From an uncultured archaeon (GTDB lineage Archaea; Thermoproteota; Bathyarchaeia; Bathyarchaeales; Bathycorpusculaceae): a stretch of DNA of 32,213 bases. The notes below the pieces were generated by a model. That model made no database searches. It was not told where the DNA came from and was given only the letters and a program-made list of their open reading frames with translations. This document shows positions 9,406-17,855 of the stretch, piece by piece. The stretch lies in NCBI GenBank assembly GCA_963782915.1, contig CAWALK010000005.1:1-32213 (forward strand). Direction: 5' to 3'. Each line of letters begins with the position of its first letter. Within the stretch, counting starts at the first letter, position 1. The position numbers and the translations under genes are program-made.

Positions 9406-11952
9406 TTGAAGGTGCCTATTGCAACTTACCGCGTGCAACTGAATACGAACTTTACTTTTAGCGACCTCAAAGCTGCGTTGCCTTACCTGAGCCAATTGGG
9501 GATATCCCACATTTATGCTTCGCCGATTTTCCAAGCAAAAAAAGGCAGCCTGCACGGCTACGATGTAACCGACCCGAATATAATCAGCGAGGAGTTGGGC
9601 GGTAAAGCAGGCTTCGATGACCTCATGAAAGAGGTTTCAGCCTATGGTTTGGATTGGCTACAGGACATTGTGCCAAATCATGTCTCATACTCGCTTGAGA
9701 ACCAGCGGATATGCGATGTATTAGCGAAAGGTGCTGATTCAGAGTATGCCTGCCTTTTTGATATTGACTTTGGTTATCCATCAGCCAAACTGTACGGTAA
9801 ACTGCTAGTGCCTTTCCTGCCTAATCCATACATGCGGAGTTTAAAACAGGGACAAATAACCCTCACCCATAACAATGATTTCAAAATAAAATTTAGCGAT
9901 CTCATGTTTCCAATTAACGCTCCAACTGCACAGCACTTAGAACTAAACGGCCCCGTACAGCAAACCCTTGAAAAATTCAACAGCGACCCCCGATTCCTAA
10001 ATGCATTACTCGCCAGACAATACTACCGCCTTGCCCACTGGAAAGTTGCACTTAAACACATTAACTACCGCCGCTTTTTCGACGTTATCGACCTCATCGG
10101 CGTCCGTATGGAAGACCCCGCTGCTTTCGAATGGGCTCACGGCTTAATTTTTGAGTTACTCGCTTCGGGAGCATTTTCGGGGCTAAGGGTCGATCACATC
10201 GACGGTCTCTATAAACCCGAAGAATACCTGAAAAAATTACGTGAACGATGCCCTGATACCTACATGGTGGTAGAAAAAATATTAACTGATAAGGAGCAGT
10301 TGCCTGATGAGTGGCCGATTGAAGGCACAACTGGATATGACTTCCTAAATTCGGTGAACAAATTATTCGTTAAAAGTTCTGCTCAACCAGAAATCGAAGC
10401 CCTCTACGGGAACTTCACAGGCAACACCCATGCTTTCAGCGACCTCTTGCATGAAGCAAAGAAAGCTGTAATCGAAGCCTCCTTTATGGGTGAAGTAGAG
10501 AACCTATCACGACTGTTTAGCACCACTCTGCAGCATCTGGACTATAATGTAACGTTTGAGCGTGACACTGTTGAAAGGGCTGTGGTGGAATTACTGGCTA
10601 ATTTCCCAGTGTACCGAGCATACCTCGACGAGCAGCATCAAGATGATACCTCTTTTAGGGTGGCGCTTGGGCTAGCCGAACAGCATAACCCGCAGCTAGC
10701 AGACGAATTCAAAGCATTGACGTACCTGCTAAAGGAAGCAAAAAACTCGCCTGAAGCATTAGCGGCGGTTATGCGTTTCCAGCAGTTCACAGGCGCCGTC
10801 ATGGCTAAGGGCTTCGAAGACACCGCACTATATCGCTATACACGACTGCTATCGCTTAACGAGGTTGGCTCAAGCCCTGCCCAATTTGGTCTTTCAGTGC
10901 AGGAATTCCATGACTTCACCCGTGTGCGGCAGCAAAAGTGGCCTGTAACACTCAACGCCACAAGCACACATGATACTAAGCGCGGGGAAGATGTGCGGGC
11001 AAGACTAAACGTGTTAAGTCAAATTCCCGATGAGTTCCACACTAACGTTACAGCATGGGCACAAGTTAACGCTGCTAAAAAAAGCCAAGTCAATGGCGTG
11101 GTTGCTCCTGATGGTAACGAGGAATACTATCTCTACCAAACGCTCCTCGGCGCTTATCCATGGCGCAGTGGTGATGCAGAATTTGCACAGCGAATTAAAC
11201 TGCATATGGTAAAGGCGCTGCGGGAAGCCAAAATTCATACCAATTGGCTCTCACCCAACTTGCAATACGAAGAGGCAGTTACAACTTTTGTCTCAGAAAT
11301 CCTTACGCCCAGTGGCTTCTTGGACCAATTTTTGCCCTTTCAAAAAAAAGTCGCCTTCTACGGCTGCTTCAATTCCCTTGCACAAACCTTACTCAAAGCC
11401 ACTTGCCCAGGCATCCCCGATTTCTATCAGGGCACCGAGCTTTGGGACCTGAACCTTGTTGACCCCGACAACCGTCGACCCATAAACTTCCAATTAAGGA
11501 GGAAGATGCTAGCAGAAATCATCGAGTTAAAGCCAGCTAAAGCGCCAGAGCTTCTCCAGACTCCCGCCGATGGCCGAGTTAAGCTCTATGTAATTTACAA
11601 GATCCTCCAGTTACGTAGGAAAAGGCGGGTGCTGTTTGAACAAGGTGACTACCTTCCGTTAGCCGTGAAGGGTACGTATGCTGAGCATGTGGTTGCTTTC
11701 TGCAGAAAAAAAGAAAATGCCTACGCTATCACAGTTGCCCTGCGTTTCCCAACAGCCTTGCATAATATCAATGAGAAAGGCAGCATCGTTGATTGGTCAG
11801 ATACCTACATAAGCCTACCCGAGGGAACACCGACAAGATGGAACGAAACCTTCACCGATAGAACTATCATTTCATGCTGTGGACGATTGCCCCTCCGAGA
11901 AGTTCTAACTCAATTTCCAGTTGCACTGCTAACAAGTGATTTAGATGCTTAA
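9406..11952 (+). CDS. treY: Malto-oligosyltrehalose synthase (GH13)
   Basis: PIATYRVQL, SHIYASP, HGYDVTDP, DIVPNH, NYRRFFD, GLRVDHIDGL, VVEKIL, TSTHDTKRGEDVRAR, PDFYQG, LVDPDNRRP. Confidence 0.93.
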   Translation: MKVPIATYRVQLNTNFTFSDLKAALPYLSQLGISHIYASPIFQAKKGSLHGYDVTDPNIISEELGGKAGFDDLMKEVSAYGLDWLQDIVPNHVSYSLENQRICDVLAKGADSEYACLFDIDFGYPSAKLYGKLLVPFLPNPYMRSLKQGQITLTHNNDFKIKFSDLMFPINAPTAQHLELNGPVQQTLEKFNSDPRFLNALLARQYYRLAHWKVALKHINYRRFFDVIDLIGVRMEDPAAFEWAHGLIFELLASGAFSGLRVDHIDGLYKPEEYLKKLRERCPDTYMVVEKILTDKEQLPDEWPIEGTTGYDFLNSVNKLFVKSSAQPEIEALYGNFTGNTHAFSDLLHEAKKAVIEASFMGEVENLSRLFSTTLQHLDYNVTFERDTVERAVVELLANFPVYRAYLDEQHQDDTSFRVALGLAEQHNPQLADEFKALTYLLKEAKNSPEALAAVMRFQQFTGAVMAKGFEDTALYRYTRLLSLNEVGSSPAQFGLSVQEFHDFTRVRQQKWPVTLNATSTHDTKRGEDVRARLNVLSQIPDEFHTNVTAWAQVNAAKKSQVNGVVAPDGNEEYYLYQTLLGAYPWRSGDAEFAQRIKLHMVKALREAKIHTNWLSPNLQYEEAVTTFVSEILTPSGFLDQFLPFQKKVAFYGCFNSLAQTLLKATCPGIPDFYQGTELWDLNLVDPDNRRPINFQLRRKMLAEIIELKPAKAPELLQTPADGRVKLYVIYKILQLRRKRRVLFEQGDYLPLAVKGTYAEHVVAFCRKKENAYAITVALRFPTALHNINEKGSIVDWSDTYISLPEGTPTRWNETFTDRTIISCCGRLPLREVLTQFPVALLTSDLDA

Positions 11953-13441
11953 CCGCCAAAGAGCCAGCGGCATACTGCTCCATATTACTTCGTTGCCCTC
12001 AGCGTTTGGAATCGGAGATTTAGGACCAGAAAGCTACCGCTTTGCAGATTTGCTAGCTGCCTATAAGCAGCACTACTGGAGCATCCTGCCGCTTTCTCCT
12101 ACACGCCTTGAAGATGGGAATTCACCGTATCAAACCAGCAGCGCTTTTGCAGGAAATCCAATGCTGATTAGCTCCGAGTTACTCGTCGAAGATGGGTTTC
12201 TACCAAAGGCGAGCGTGAAAACCTCAGAGAAGCCTTCTGATAGTGTTGACTTTAAAATTGTTTATCCAATAAAGGAAGCCTTCATCCAAAAAGCATATGC
12301 TGCTTTCAAAAGAACTGGGCTCCAAGCATTAGAGTTTAAAGCTTTCTGCGACCAAAACGCAAAGTGGCTAAACGATTATGCCCTCTATGTTGTGCTTAGG
12401 AAAAAAGCAGGCAAGCCTTGGCAGGAGTGGCTCCCTTCCCTGCGGCAGCGAGACAAAAAAACGCTTGCAAGAAAGCAGCAATTGCTAGCTCAAGATATCG
12501 AGGAAACCAAGTTTGTGCAATACCTCTTCTTTAGCCAATGGCGACGCCTAAAAGAGCACTGCCAAAAAAGGGGCATCAAAATAATCGGTGACATACCCTT
12601 CTACGTTGCACATGACAGCGCCGACGTTTGGGTGCATCCCGAACTCTTCAGCCTGCACGGCAACGGCAAACCTCGTTATGTCGGCGGCGTTCCACCTGAT
12701 TATTTTAGCGCAACTGGGCAGCTTTGGGGCAACCCCGTCTATAACTGGGCAAAGCACAGAGAAACAGGGTTTGAATGGTGGATGGAACGCATACGCCACA
12801 ACCTTATGCTATGTGATATGCTGCGGCTGGATCACTTCCGCGGTTATGTAGCATACTGGCAACTTTCTGGTATAGCTAAAACGGCTGTTCGGGGCCGCTG
12901 GGTTAAGACGCCATCGGATGCTTTTTTTAAGGCGCTCAAGGGTGCGTTTCCTTCGTTGCCTTTTATAGCTGAGGATTTAGGGTACATCGACAAACCAGTC
13001 GAAGACGCAATAAAAGAGCTTGGCATTCCAGGGATGCGAGTGATTATCTTCGGATTAGATGGTGCCAAAGATAGCCTGCATTTCCCAAGTAACCACATAG
13101 AGAACGCAGTGGTTTACACTGGAACCCATGACACCAATACTGCGAAAGGCTGGTTCACGACTGAAGCCTCTGAGAAAGAAAAGGCTAATCTCTTCAATCT
13201 TGTCGGCAAAAAAGTAACTGAACAAGACGTAAGTCTTGAAGTAATCAAATTGGCATTGTCCTCCGTAGCTGAATTGTCAATTGTTCCGTTTCAGGATGTC
13301 CTCGGTTTAGGTGCAGAGGCACGAATGAATAATCCAAGCCAACCAACTGGCAACTGGCAATGGCGAGTAACAGCAAATCAGTTAGCCAGCAGCAAATTCG
13401 TTAAACTGGCTGATTTGACTGCTAACTACCTGAGATGCTGA
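11945..13441 (+). CDS. malQ: 4-alpha-glucanotransferase (amylomaltase, GH77)
   Basis: SGILLHITSLP, SPYQ..SAFAGNP, GVPPDYFSATGQLWGNP, RLDHFRG, IAEDLG, YTGTHDTNT, ARMNNP...GNWQWR. Confidence 0.93.
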   Translation: MLNRQRASGILLHITSLPSAFGIGDLGPESYRFADLLAAYKQHYWSILPLSPTRLEDGNSPYQTSSAFAGNPMLISSELLVEDGFLPKASVKTSEKPSDSVDFKIVYPIKEAFIQKAYAAFKRTGLQALEFKAFCDQNAKWLNDYALYVVLRKKAGKPWQEWLPSLRQRDKKTLARKQQLLAQDIEETKFVQYLFFSQWRRLKEHCQKRGIKIIGDIPFYVAHDSADVWVHPELFSLHGNGKPRYVGGVPPDYFSATGQLWGNPVYNWAKHRETGFEWWMERIRHNLMLCDMLRLDHFRGYVAYWQLSGIAKTAVRGRWVKTPSDAFFKALKGAFPSLPFIAEDLGYIDKPVEDAIKELGIPGMRVIIFGLDGAKDSLHFPSNHIENAVVYTGTHDTNTAKGWFTTEASEKEKANLFNLVGKKVTEQDVSLEVIKLALSSVAELSIVPFQDVLGLGAEARMNNPSQPTGNWQWRVTANQLASSKFVKLADLTANYLRC

Positions 13442-13494
13442 GAGCAAAGATGCTATATAGTAATTCAGCCCTAACTACTCAGAAGATGATTAAA

Positions 13495-14250
13495 ATGAGA
13501 AAAATCCTATTAATCGTACTAGTAGCAGTTCTTATTATCGTAATCACCGGCGGTTACCTTGCCTGCATATATTTACCAAGCCAAAACGGAAACAGCGACA
13601 ACCAAAACAATGAGCAACAAACAATCCTCTCAACTGTCGAGCAAATTCGCGGTGGCGCATTACTCTATTTAGCTGCAAACCACACCCAAGCCCTTCCTCT
13701 GATGGGTGAATTCTCATGGAGTGGCGGCAAACAAGACACAGGCGGACTTGGCGCAGAAACCTACGTGTACACCAATGGCAGTTGGTCTGTTGTCATCGAT
13801 TACCCAGTAGTACCTAACCCATTATACACTATAACCGTTGATTACTCATCACAGGATGTCTCAGTGAACTGGATGGGCACCTTCCAGAATCAAACATTTA
13901 CCGAAACAAGCTGTACAATCAACGCTCCAGTCGTATACATAACGCAAGAGCAAATGCGCGACTTAACAATGATGTACCTAAGAATCTACCATAACGAAAC
14001 TAGCGCATACATGCATGGCATGTCATGGACAGGCGGCAGAATGGATCAGGGCATGATGGTTGGCTCAGACAAATACAACTACCAAAGCAACGGCTGGAAC
14101 TTCACCATGCAGAACCCAGTAGTGCCAAACCCAATCTATACAATAACCGCAGAATATACTCCAGCGGACATGCATTCAACATTGATGGCTTGGGAAGGAA
14201 CGCTGCAAAACGGCACAATAACCCAAACAATCTATAAATATACCCCATAA
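13495..14250 (+). CDS. Membrane-anchored hypothetical protein with a tandemly duplicated ~100-aa extracellular domain
   Basis: N-terminal MRKILLIVLVAVLIIVI anchor (start 13495 or 13486; the ORF track begins at 13435). The two repeats share EQ(I/M)R...YL...H...SW(S/T)GG...Y....W.....PVVPNP(L/I)YTIT..Y...W.GT.QN.T. Confidence 0.8.
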   Translation: MRKILLIVLVAVLIIVITGGYLACIYLPSQNGNSDNQNNEQQTILSTVEQIRGGALLYLAANHTQALPLMGEFSWSGGKQDTGGLGAETYVYTNGSWSVVIDYPVVPNPLYTITVDYSSQDVSVNWMGTFQNQTFTETSCTINAPVVYITQEQMRDLTMMYLRIYHNETSAYMHGMSWTGGRMDQGMMVGSDKYNYQSNGWNFTMQNPVVPNPIYTITAEYTPADMHSTLMAWEGTLQNGTITQTIYKYTP

Positions 14251-14451
14251 AATTTTCTTTATTTCTTTTTATTTAGAATCTTTAGCAAATGTATAGCTTT
14301 CCAAATTAGACTATCTGCCTTTGTTTAGGGTTAAGAGTTATTTTGTGTGTTTTGTTGATGCTTTCGTATACAGAAAACGCACGGACGTTTTTCAGGTTGA
14401 CCTCCCTCCTGTTAGTAGACCCGACATTCTGATCTGTTTGTGTTTGCTCCT

Positions 14452-14580
14452 CAACCAGCCAGCAACCCAAACCAGACGCTAAACGCCAAAAGCAATCGCC
14501 AGCGTCGCCCATTGGTTGTTGTTGTGTATAGGGGGTTTCCGCCAACAACACACTGTAGAAAAACAAGCAACAAACAACTT
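14452..14580 (+). repeat. Dispersed intergenic hairpin repeat, copy 2
   Basis: caaccagc..aaccagacgc..ccaaaagcaat..ccc.ttggttgttgttg..tatagggg..caacaac..aaaaa.caag..aaacaactt aligns with 14890-15017. Confidence 0.75.
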
Positions 14581-14889
14581 GATTTACTAATATAATGAAG
14601 GGAAAATTGGCAGAGCAACAAGCATCCACTGGTACACCGAATCGCAGAAGTCTCCGGCGTAGATGTATAGCAAACCCGCAAATCAGCCTGCAACCGCACA
14701 AATCCCGCAGCCGCCAAACAACAAACGCCGCCCTTAAGCTGGCTCATTCATGCAGTTGTTGAGCCTATAAATAAGGGAGGGGGTCTAGCTCAGAGCAGCA
14801 AAAGCGCTCCTTATAGGGGATAGGGGGTCAGTGGCAAAGCAACAAACCCTGTTATAGGCTGTTTCTGGCACTGTTTGCAGAAGTCTCCA

Positions 14890-15017
14890 CAACCAGCAAG
14901 CTAACTAAACCAAACGCAGAAAACCAAAAGCAATGCACCGCACAGCCCGTTGGTTGTTGTTGAAATAATAGGGGTCCACAGCAACAACCAAGATAAAAAA
15001 CCAAGACTAAACAACTT
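14890..15017 (+). repeat. Dispersed intergenic hairpin repeat, copy 3
   Basis: Contains a perfect TTGGTTGTTG/CAACAACCAA stem (14950-14991) around a loop with ATAGGGG; aligns with 14452-14580. Confidence 0.75.
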
Positions 15018-15039
15018 TAGCTCTACTATTCTGCAACGG

Positions 15040-15618
15040 TCAAGGGTTAACCCATTTTTGAGCAGCAACAAGACACTTTTCAAAGCCACCCAAATATGTG
15101 AACAGTTGGTTTGGCGGTGCCTGTTCAACCACCAACAGTTTACTGTTTGCGTTTACACAACCATCTATCATAAGATTATCCACCAAACAATTTTCCTCAA
15201 TGAACATACCTTGAGCATCGCGCAGTTTACCATCAAATTCACGGTTGACTTGCCCATTAAGCGCTGCCACTGTACGTTCAGTAAATGAAGCCGCAATATT
15301 AGTGTAAGCAAACACCTTTTTGCCCAATGCATGAGCAAACCCCATCTCATACACGGTGCCCACATCAGCACTTGGACCCCTAAACGGAGTAATATTAGCG
15401 ATTACTATCTCGCAGCTTTTAATCAAACCCTCATTGACATCGCTGATGCATAAGCCGAATTCTTTGGGGCTTTTACCGTCAGCGTTTATCTCGACATCTA
15501 TAGGGTAAACGCCTTCGAACCCATACTTTTTACATAGGGCTTTTTTGTGTTCGCCGATTTCTTTGGCGTTGCATAGAAAGACCTCTGGACCAGCAAGGTA
15601 AACACGACTAGGTGGCAC
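15040..15618 (-). CDS. Nucleoside 2-deoxyribosyltransferase family protein
   Basis: RVYLAGPEVF, IANITPFRGPSADVGTVYEMGFAHALGK (catalytic Glu), C-terminal NLMI. Confidence 0.88.
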   Translation of the reverse strand: MPPSRVYLAGPEVFLCNAKEIGEHKKALCKKYGFEGVYPIDVEINADGKSPKEFGLCISDVNEGLIKSCEIVIANITPFRGPSADVGTVYEMGFAHALGKKVFAYTNIAASFTERTVAALNGQVNREFDGKLRDAQGMFIEENCLVDNLMIDGCVNANSKLLVVEQAPPNQLFTYLGGFEKCLVAAQKWVNP

Positions 15619-15862
15619 GATGAATCTCCTAACATAGTACGATATTCAAGTGCTTATAAAATGAAGCCGTTTTCTATTTCAGATTACCCCATAAAATGGT
15701 TGCCCCTTGAATTTGGCTGAACCAAAATAGACCTAAAATGACACTTTTCTTTTTAGACCAAGCGGTTTGTTTAGTTTGAAAAGACCTCTCTACAGAATAA
15801 TGCTTTATGCTCAATTGATAAGCACCTTTAAATCCAATTTATGAATACTTTCCGAGGAATAG

Positions 15863-16582
15863 GTGGATTTGTTGCCCTACAACACCCTTACATACAACAC
15901 TCTTATGGTAATAGGAATCGTAACTATTCCCATAGCCATCGCTTTATCCTACCTATTCTTTAAAGTCTACCGATACCAACGCTCCATCACCTTACTCGGC
16001 CTACCAGTTGGATTCCTATTCCTAACGATATCCTACGTTTTCCTTGGGGCACATCTTGTATATCCAGCGATGGATCCCATCTCAAGCTCTCTTATGTGGC
16101 TCCGTGTAGCAACTCAAACTTGGGGATTTACTTTAATTGCAGCTTCCTATTTTATGGCAAACCGAACTCAAAAGATAACAAAGCATAGCTACTTGGCACT
16201 ATCATTGTGGTCGATTGTTGCTGTAGTTTGCATCTTTGCCCTATTGTTAGTCATTAACCCAGTAGGCTTGTCATCGGTTTACGCTGACAATGGCCTGTTT
16301 ACTGCCGCTAATCTTGGATTGTTAACTTACATTATGTTCTGCCTAATTAGAAAAATAAAGTTGACCACAGGAAAGGTTTCCAGTTTAGTAGGTGCACCAA
16401 TAGCGTTTGGTTTACTTTGGTTAGGCCAATTGTCTTTTCTACTCTGGGATCTCAATAATGGAGGAACCGTTTGCCTATTTGGATCCGAAGTTACAAGATT
16501 GGTAAGTTTGGCGTTATTCATTCTCATCTACTACCAAGCAAGTAAGGAGGTATCAGCCATTGACAAGTACGAAACGAAGTAA
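15863..16582 (+). CDS. 7-TM membrane protein (putative sensor), paralogue of 28146-28841
   Basis: About seven hydrophobic helices and no soluble domain; shares K.Y...R....GLP.GF.FL..SY, NL..LTYI, QLS.L and RL.SLA.F with 28146-28841. Confidence 0.8.
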   Translation: MDLLPYNTLTYNTLMVIGIVTIPIAIALSYLFFKVYRYQRSITLLGLPVGFLFLTISYVFLGAHLVYPAMDPISSSLMWLRVATQTWGFTLIAASYFMANRTQKITKHSYLALSLWSIVAVVCIFALLLVINPVGLSSVYADNGLFTAANLGLLTYIMFCLIRKIKLTTGKVSSLVGAPIAFGLLWLGQLSFLLWDLNNGGTVCLFGSEVTRLVSLALFILIYYQASKEVSAIDKYETK

Positions 16583-16838
16583 GGTTGATATTTACTCCGC
16601 TGTTCTGGAATGCTTAATCCAAGAGGGCGCGAAACTTGGAAAAGCCAGTCCTACTCGCGTTGCTCACCGAGCGAACCTCCCATATGATAGATTCCAGAAA
16701 ATTTTAGATCACTTTATCGAGTTAGATATGGTTAGTCGAACAGAGGCAGGTCTTTTAATAACTGAGAAAGGCATCAAATGCCTTGAGGAATTCCATAAAG
16801 CTAACGAGTTCTTTAGAAGAATGGGCCTCTATACGTAA
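16560..16838 (+). CDS. Winged helix-turn-helix transcriptional regulator (archaeal HTH_45/COG3432-like)
   Basis: KRSKVDIY..VL, SPTRVAHRANLPYDRF, ITEKG. Strong RBS AAGGAGG before the TTG; overlaps the 7TM gene. Confidence 0.85.
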   Translation: MTSTKRSKVDIYSAVLECLIQEGAKLGKASPTRVAHRANLPYDRFQKILDHFIELDMVSRTEAGLLITEKGIKCLEEFHKANEFFRRMGLYT

Positions 16839-17683
16839 CTATTTTCTTCTTCGATACTCTTTTTAGATTTGCTCCACCATAACGTTTCGAAGTAATCTTG
16901 GAATACTTTGGTAAGCATAGGATTATTCGACCATAATATTGGTGCTTGAGAAAAGTCGCCCTCTGTTGAAGTTGCCATCTGAGCTTCATTGCCGTCATAA
17001 ACAGCTAAGAATGAAACAGGTAACTCCTCGATGTATTTAATTTGACAAGCAGTTTGGCATAATTCTGGCAGAATTTTCGAAAAAGGCTTATTCATACTTG
17101 TCCTATCTAGAATAAACCGAATTTTGACGCCTCTATTTGTTGCTTTTATGATTTCTTCGCTCGCAGTTAAAAGTGTTTGATTGAACTTCTTAAATGAAGT
17201 TATACAATCTATGCTGTCTTGAGCGCCTGCAATAGCTGTCATTCCCTTATTGAAGCTGGCTTTTCCCTTGGGAACCAAAACAAATTCGTCACCAAAAGCA
17301 TTTGTTTGTTCACCGCCTTTATTCTCGTATTCTTCCAGCAATTTTCCAGTCTTTTCTTTTAAATCCCTTATCTCTTCATGTTTCTGCCCAATCAAAATCG
17401 ATACTGCTTCATGTAATGATAGCGGTTTATACTTCGTGGGTGAGCATAAAATCGTTTCAATTAAACCCGCGCGCTTGAGTTCAAGCATCGCTCGATAAGT
17501 ATCTGGGCGGCCTACACCTGAATTTTCGGCTACGGCTCTAATGGTTGAGGTTCCTTTTTCAATGAGGGCAAGATAAATTTTGGCTTGTGTCCTACTAATC
17601 CCTAAATCAACTAGAGTCTTTATGCTTTTTTCTCTGTCCCGCATACCCATCTTTTCTCTTGTTGATTTTCCAAAAAGTACCAT
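16829..17683 (-). CDS. TrmB family transcriptional regulator
   Basis: LVDLGISRTQAKIYLAL..G.ST...VAENSGV.R.DTYRAM.EL...GLI, PTKY.P; C-terminal effector domain A..SID / RGVKIRFI / D....YFETLW. Confidence 0.9.
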   Translation of the reverse strand: MVLFGKSTREKMGMRDREKSIKTLVDLGISRTQAKIYLALIEKGTSTIRAVAENSGVGRPDTYRAMLELKRAGLIETILCSPTKYKPLSLHEAVSILIGQKHEEIRDLKEKTGKLLEEYENKGGEQTNAFGDEFVLVPKGKASFNKGMTAIAGAQDSIDCITSFKKFNQTLLTASEEIIKATNRGVKIRFILDRTSMNKPFSKILPELCQTACQIKYIEELPVSFLAVYDGNEAQMATSTEGDFSQAPILWSNNPMLTKVFQDYFETLWWSKSKKSIEEENSYV

Positions 17684-17836
17684 AAGTTAGAATATAAATT
17701 GGATGAACTTCTAGTGCATAACGCTTCCGCGTTTGTTGGAGCACCAACCAACACCTTCTTAATAATTTGTTAATCCATCGTCTCGGCTGGGCAGGTGCAA
17801 AGTTTTTACTAAACTAGTCCTTGCCCGAAAAAAATT

Positions 17837-17855
17837 GGAGAAAAGAAAAAAATTG
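17837..17855 (+). promoter_or_regulatory. Conserved leader/RBS motif GGAGA(A/T)AAGAAAAA(AA)TTG of the surface-protein genes
   Basis: GGAGAAAAGAAAAAAATTG here; GGAGATAAGAAAAATTG at 25059-25075; AGAGGAAAGAAAAAAAATG at 28968-28986; GGAGATAAGAAAAAATTG at 32139-32156. Confidence 0.7.

Noticed and set aside
14393-14420. GGAGGGAGGTCAAC (- strand) resembling an IS200/IS605-type end
   Set aside because: Too short, with no subterminal hairpin or tnpA/tnpB remnant.
14452-15017. CRISPR array
   Set aside because: The repeats are long, diverged and irregularly spaced, and no cas genes are present.
14306-15128. Overlapping ORFs 14306-14701, 14451-14747 and 14901-15128 (shared YTTTTNG-like words), and 24-281
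   Set aside because: They are translations of the non-coding hairpin repeat in inconsistent frames, with no RBS or protein-like composition.
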